Virus genome (UHGV): UHGV-0335973
Direction: 5' to 3' (one strand)
DNA length: 38,029 nt
Source: a virus
Numbering within the stretch: position 1 is the first letter of the stretch; every line of letters starts with the position of its first letter. The position numbers were made by a program, and so were the translations under genes. Positions 36,701 through 38,029 of the stretch are shown in pieces. Below the pieces are notes generated by a model. That model did no database searches. It saw nothing but the letters and a program-made list of their open reading frames with translations, and was not told the DNA's origin.

Positions 36701-38016
36701 GCAGCACCAAGTGTATTCATAACCAGACTAGGAGAAGAAGCCTCACGGAAGCCATCATCAGTCAGGGAAGTCCAACCACGGTCTTGGTTGCTCATGAACT
36801 TAGCTGTATTATTCAGAGTGTAAGCATCTTGGATAGGATTAAAACCTTTAGGCATACCCTTCAGTTTCTTCAACCCACCAATAGCTTTCTTCATCTCTGG
36901 AGAAACGTTATCAGCCATCTTCTGTAGTTCAGCAGCTTTCTCTACGAAGTTGTTAAAGTCTTCACCATCACGAGCTTTGAATCGATTTGCTTCGTTATAG
37001 AAAGTCTTGTACGCATCAATGAAATCACGGTCAGCTTGTGTGCGATTCTTAATATCAATCGGACTGCCAGTAAAGTCACCAGAAGCTCGGAGAGAAACTA
37101 ACTCACGATCAAGATTATCCAGAACATCTGTAAGAGCTTTAGTGTTATCCTTGGTGTAGTCAGCCATTGCATCTTTCATAGCGACAGCTTGCTTCTGGTT
37201 GTGCTCATTATCAGCGAAGGCTTTACCACGAGTCTTAGCCGGAGAAGATAAAGGGTTAAGGCCCGGAATGTTGGAATGTTCTTTCTGAACAGAAGCAGCT
37301 TTCTCAGCACGAGCTTGGTCAGTATTAAGAATACGCTGAGCAGCAGGAGAATCTACAGCAACAGCATCTGTGATACGGAATCCGTTCTCGTCGAGAAGGT
37401 TCAGAGCAGAAGCAGCGTTAGCAGTTTCAGCTTTAGAGTAAGCCTCTTTCAGCTCATCAATATTCTTAGCACCACGAATCAGTTCATCATCAGCAGCAAT
37501 ATCAGTCTTCGCATACTCTGGAGTGTTCTTGAAGACAGCAGAATCCGGACGGCTAATCAAACCATGAACCCCACCAACTGCGCCACCAAATGCAGCACCC
37601 ATAGCCCCTTCTTCTATAACCCCTTCCAATGTCTTAGCTAGATCATTGTCATCACCATACTTGTTCTGAACCTCAGCAGCGCCAACAAGAGCACCACCTT
37701 TAGCACCAGCCACTGCGTTACTAGCAACGTTCTGACCAATACGACCAAGAGCTGATTCAGCTGTCCCTACAGCACCTGGAAGGATTCTTTGAGCTGCATA
37801 GTTAGCACCACCAACTAGGGCTGCATCTAGAACAGACTTATCTTCCCCCTCTTTAGGGGTTTGGTCTGCATACGCACGACCGGTCTCACGACCTGCGATG
37901 ATAGCAGCGGCAGCTAACGGGTTAGCAACTGTCAGACCAATATCGGCAACCACCCCAGCATACTGACCAGCAGATTTACCAATCCCATCCTCAATCTTAT
38001 CCATACGTTCTTTCAA
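33763..38016 (-). CDS. giant virion-associated protein (putative internal/ejection protein), 1417 aa or longer
   Basis: single uninterrupted - strand ORF; N-terminal Gly/Ala-rich hydrophobic segments, long charged coiled-coil-like central and C-terminal regions; no stop between start 38016 and window end. Confidence 0.5.
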   Translation of the reverse strand: MKERMDKIEDGIGKSAGQYAGVVADIGLTVANPLAAAAIIAGRETGRAYADQTPKEGEDKSVLDAALVGGANYAAQRILPGAVGTAESALGRIGQNVASNAVAGAKGGALVGAAEVQNKYGDDNDLAKTLEGVIEEGAMGAAFGGAVGGVHGLISRPDSAVFKNTPEYAKTDIAADDELIRGAKNIDELKEAYSKAETANAASALNLLDENGFRITDAVAVDSPAAQRILNTDQARAEKAASVQKEHSNIPGLNPLSSPAKTRGKAFADNEHNQKQAVAMKDAMADYTKDNTKALTDVLDNLDRELVSLRASGDFTGSPIDIKNRTQADRDFIDAYKTFYNEANRFKARDGEDFNNFVEKAAELQKMADNVSPEMKKAIGGLKKLKGMPKGFNPIQDAYTLNNTAKFMSNQDRGWTSLTDDGFREASSPSLVMNTLGAAKYALNRFSSQRARSQRVKQQESNSEAIRSLARGDLEVARAKSTADEARAKMEEEPVVDDIKFKTQNDVETEPVREPSSSTVTEENLPSSAPQESPLTARDLVAQRRAIRQAEQRRAEEEAAAAQEVPVEQTPQAEPLPARNPLEERRAMEQQRAQEEGQKVSSEDVSSVTKESLSHYTEDGILSQDLNGNIALRLNQFTPAEQQFLRNHNLVDSNDMVKASSLRQADPLPASAPKAPKEAVQDVKPASGVERLAAMSSAARQATKDRAERFARSLYSKAAKAKATAENFLAYKGDPKELMRRIRQEDNAINTERHEEMARNQLASQQGIATAKNNTVRTNFAEWVKERGLPEDIATKALRAEEKGLGGNVTNLDSLKRRAERLYQKQREDEFDRLYQQALEENKAFDNKNAPKLVDQKKELQSEIDALIDSEPLRPAQKDAMRKLMNDFVDGKFKSSEKAGREEALEVGQMKDIWDGFINTYNREVNAFNKANKNSQYEAFAKHIQAREERLATLKNKAQARSDAKAAVENERKTLEAIAAQKSEIEKMMEGLPKPVREAQESRTLKQLAAHHDKNSPVPPEKFRSYIERIHNAESDYLDRQRRLTDAEEDARQAKWNKMYEQAEEMNRKFDVDKRVKRSEELKAAQERENDLMAVQRQRDDIHRRLMRTMEDKGISREDAEVFAGSYMDNRYALLEKPMTPTEHQNARSRIEADVEKFAKKYESMTPIEKEIVKVTGDTEGKLDNLDADTRKAIEEAQKVDSDIKKLQEEELEMEKIRSALPDDERSQANSDILESIKQQEEVFADKVEKAFLSGKSLDELASVAEVLDRVHGADKAGNNRRFVRALQTAAENKKKYGDNPVAWFSADDYSAIAKLGASSAGGNKSRALEKIFGSTAEQAKSKLLGRDDVAKMRRVIEENPDIKIPSYKTTNRTEYLQFLEKFNDEGKPKIKRGSLSEKLERSKRQSRLRVRVRPKE

Positions 38017-38029
38017 GAGATTTTGAGCG

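Noticed and set aside
34300-37641. Plus-strand ORFs inside the giant - strand gene (34300-34527, 34585-34887, 35719-35943, 36424-36927, 37276-37641)
   Set aside because: Antisense shadow frames of a strongly biased coding sequence; products are Leu/Ser/Phe-rich low complexity.

Overview
The window reads as the early/middle (nucleotide and DNA metabolism) arm of a lytic tailed phage plus the first gene of a convergently transcribed virion arm. About 65 tightly packed, often overlapping + strand genes (80-33690) end at a bidirectional terminator (~33723-33759), after which a single giant - strand gene (33763-38016, 1417 aa, possibly running off the window edge) begins. No phage RNA polymerase is present, but there is a T7-like replication set (primase-helicase, family A DNA polymerase, gp6-like 5'-3' exonuclease, acidic-tailed SSB) and an ECF-like sigma factor candidate, so transcription probably uses host RNAP; this resembles phiEco32-type podoviruses from memory, not from a search. 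Main points: (1) a compact module of two Amidoligase_2 paralogs, a class II glutamine amidotransferase-like Ntn hydrolase with no canonical start codon, an ATP-grasp ligase and a GGCT/AIG2 cyclotransferase, a predicted but functionally uncharacterised ligation system; (2) two paralogous group I introns, each carrying an HNH-type endonuclease ORF, splitting the primase-helicase and DNA polymerase genes, supported by P1 pairing, compensatory substitutions and restored protein motifs; (3) the polymerase 3'-5' exonuclease domain encoded as a separate gene about 8 kb upstream of the polymerase domain; (4) accessory genes including ThyX, dCTP deaminase, thioredoxin, PhoH, a Dps-like ferritin, a CCA-type nucleotidyltransferase, an orphan Dam methyltransferase, two freestanding HNH endonucleases and two tandem small-gene families. 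All calls are from motif recognition by eye; no database search was run. Coordinates of non-ORF elements are hand-counted and may be off by 1-2 nt.
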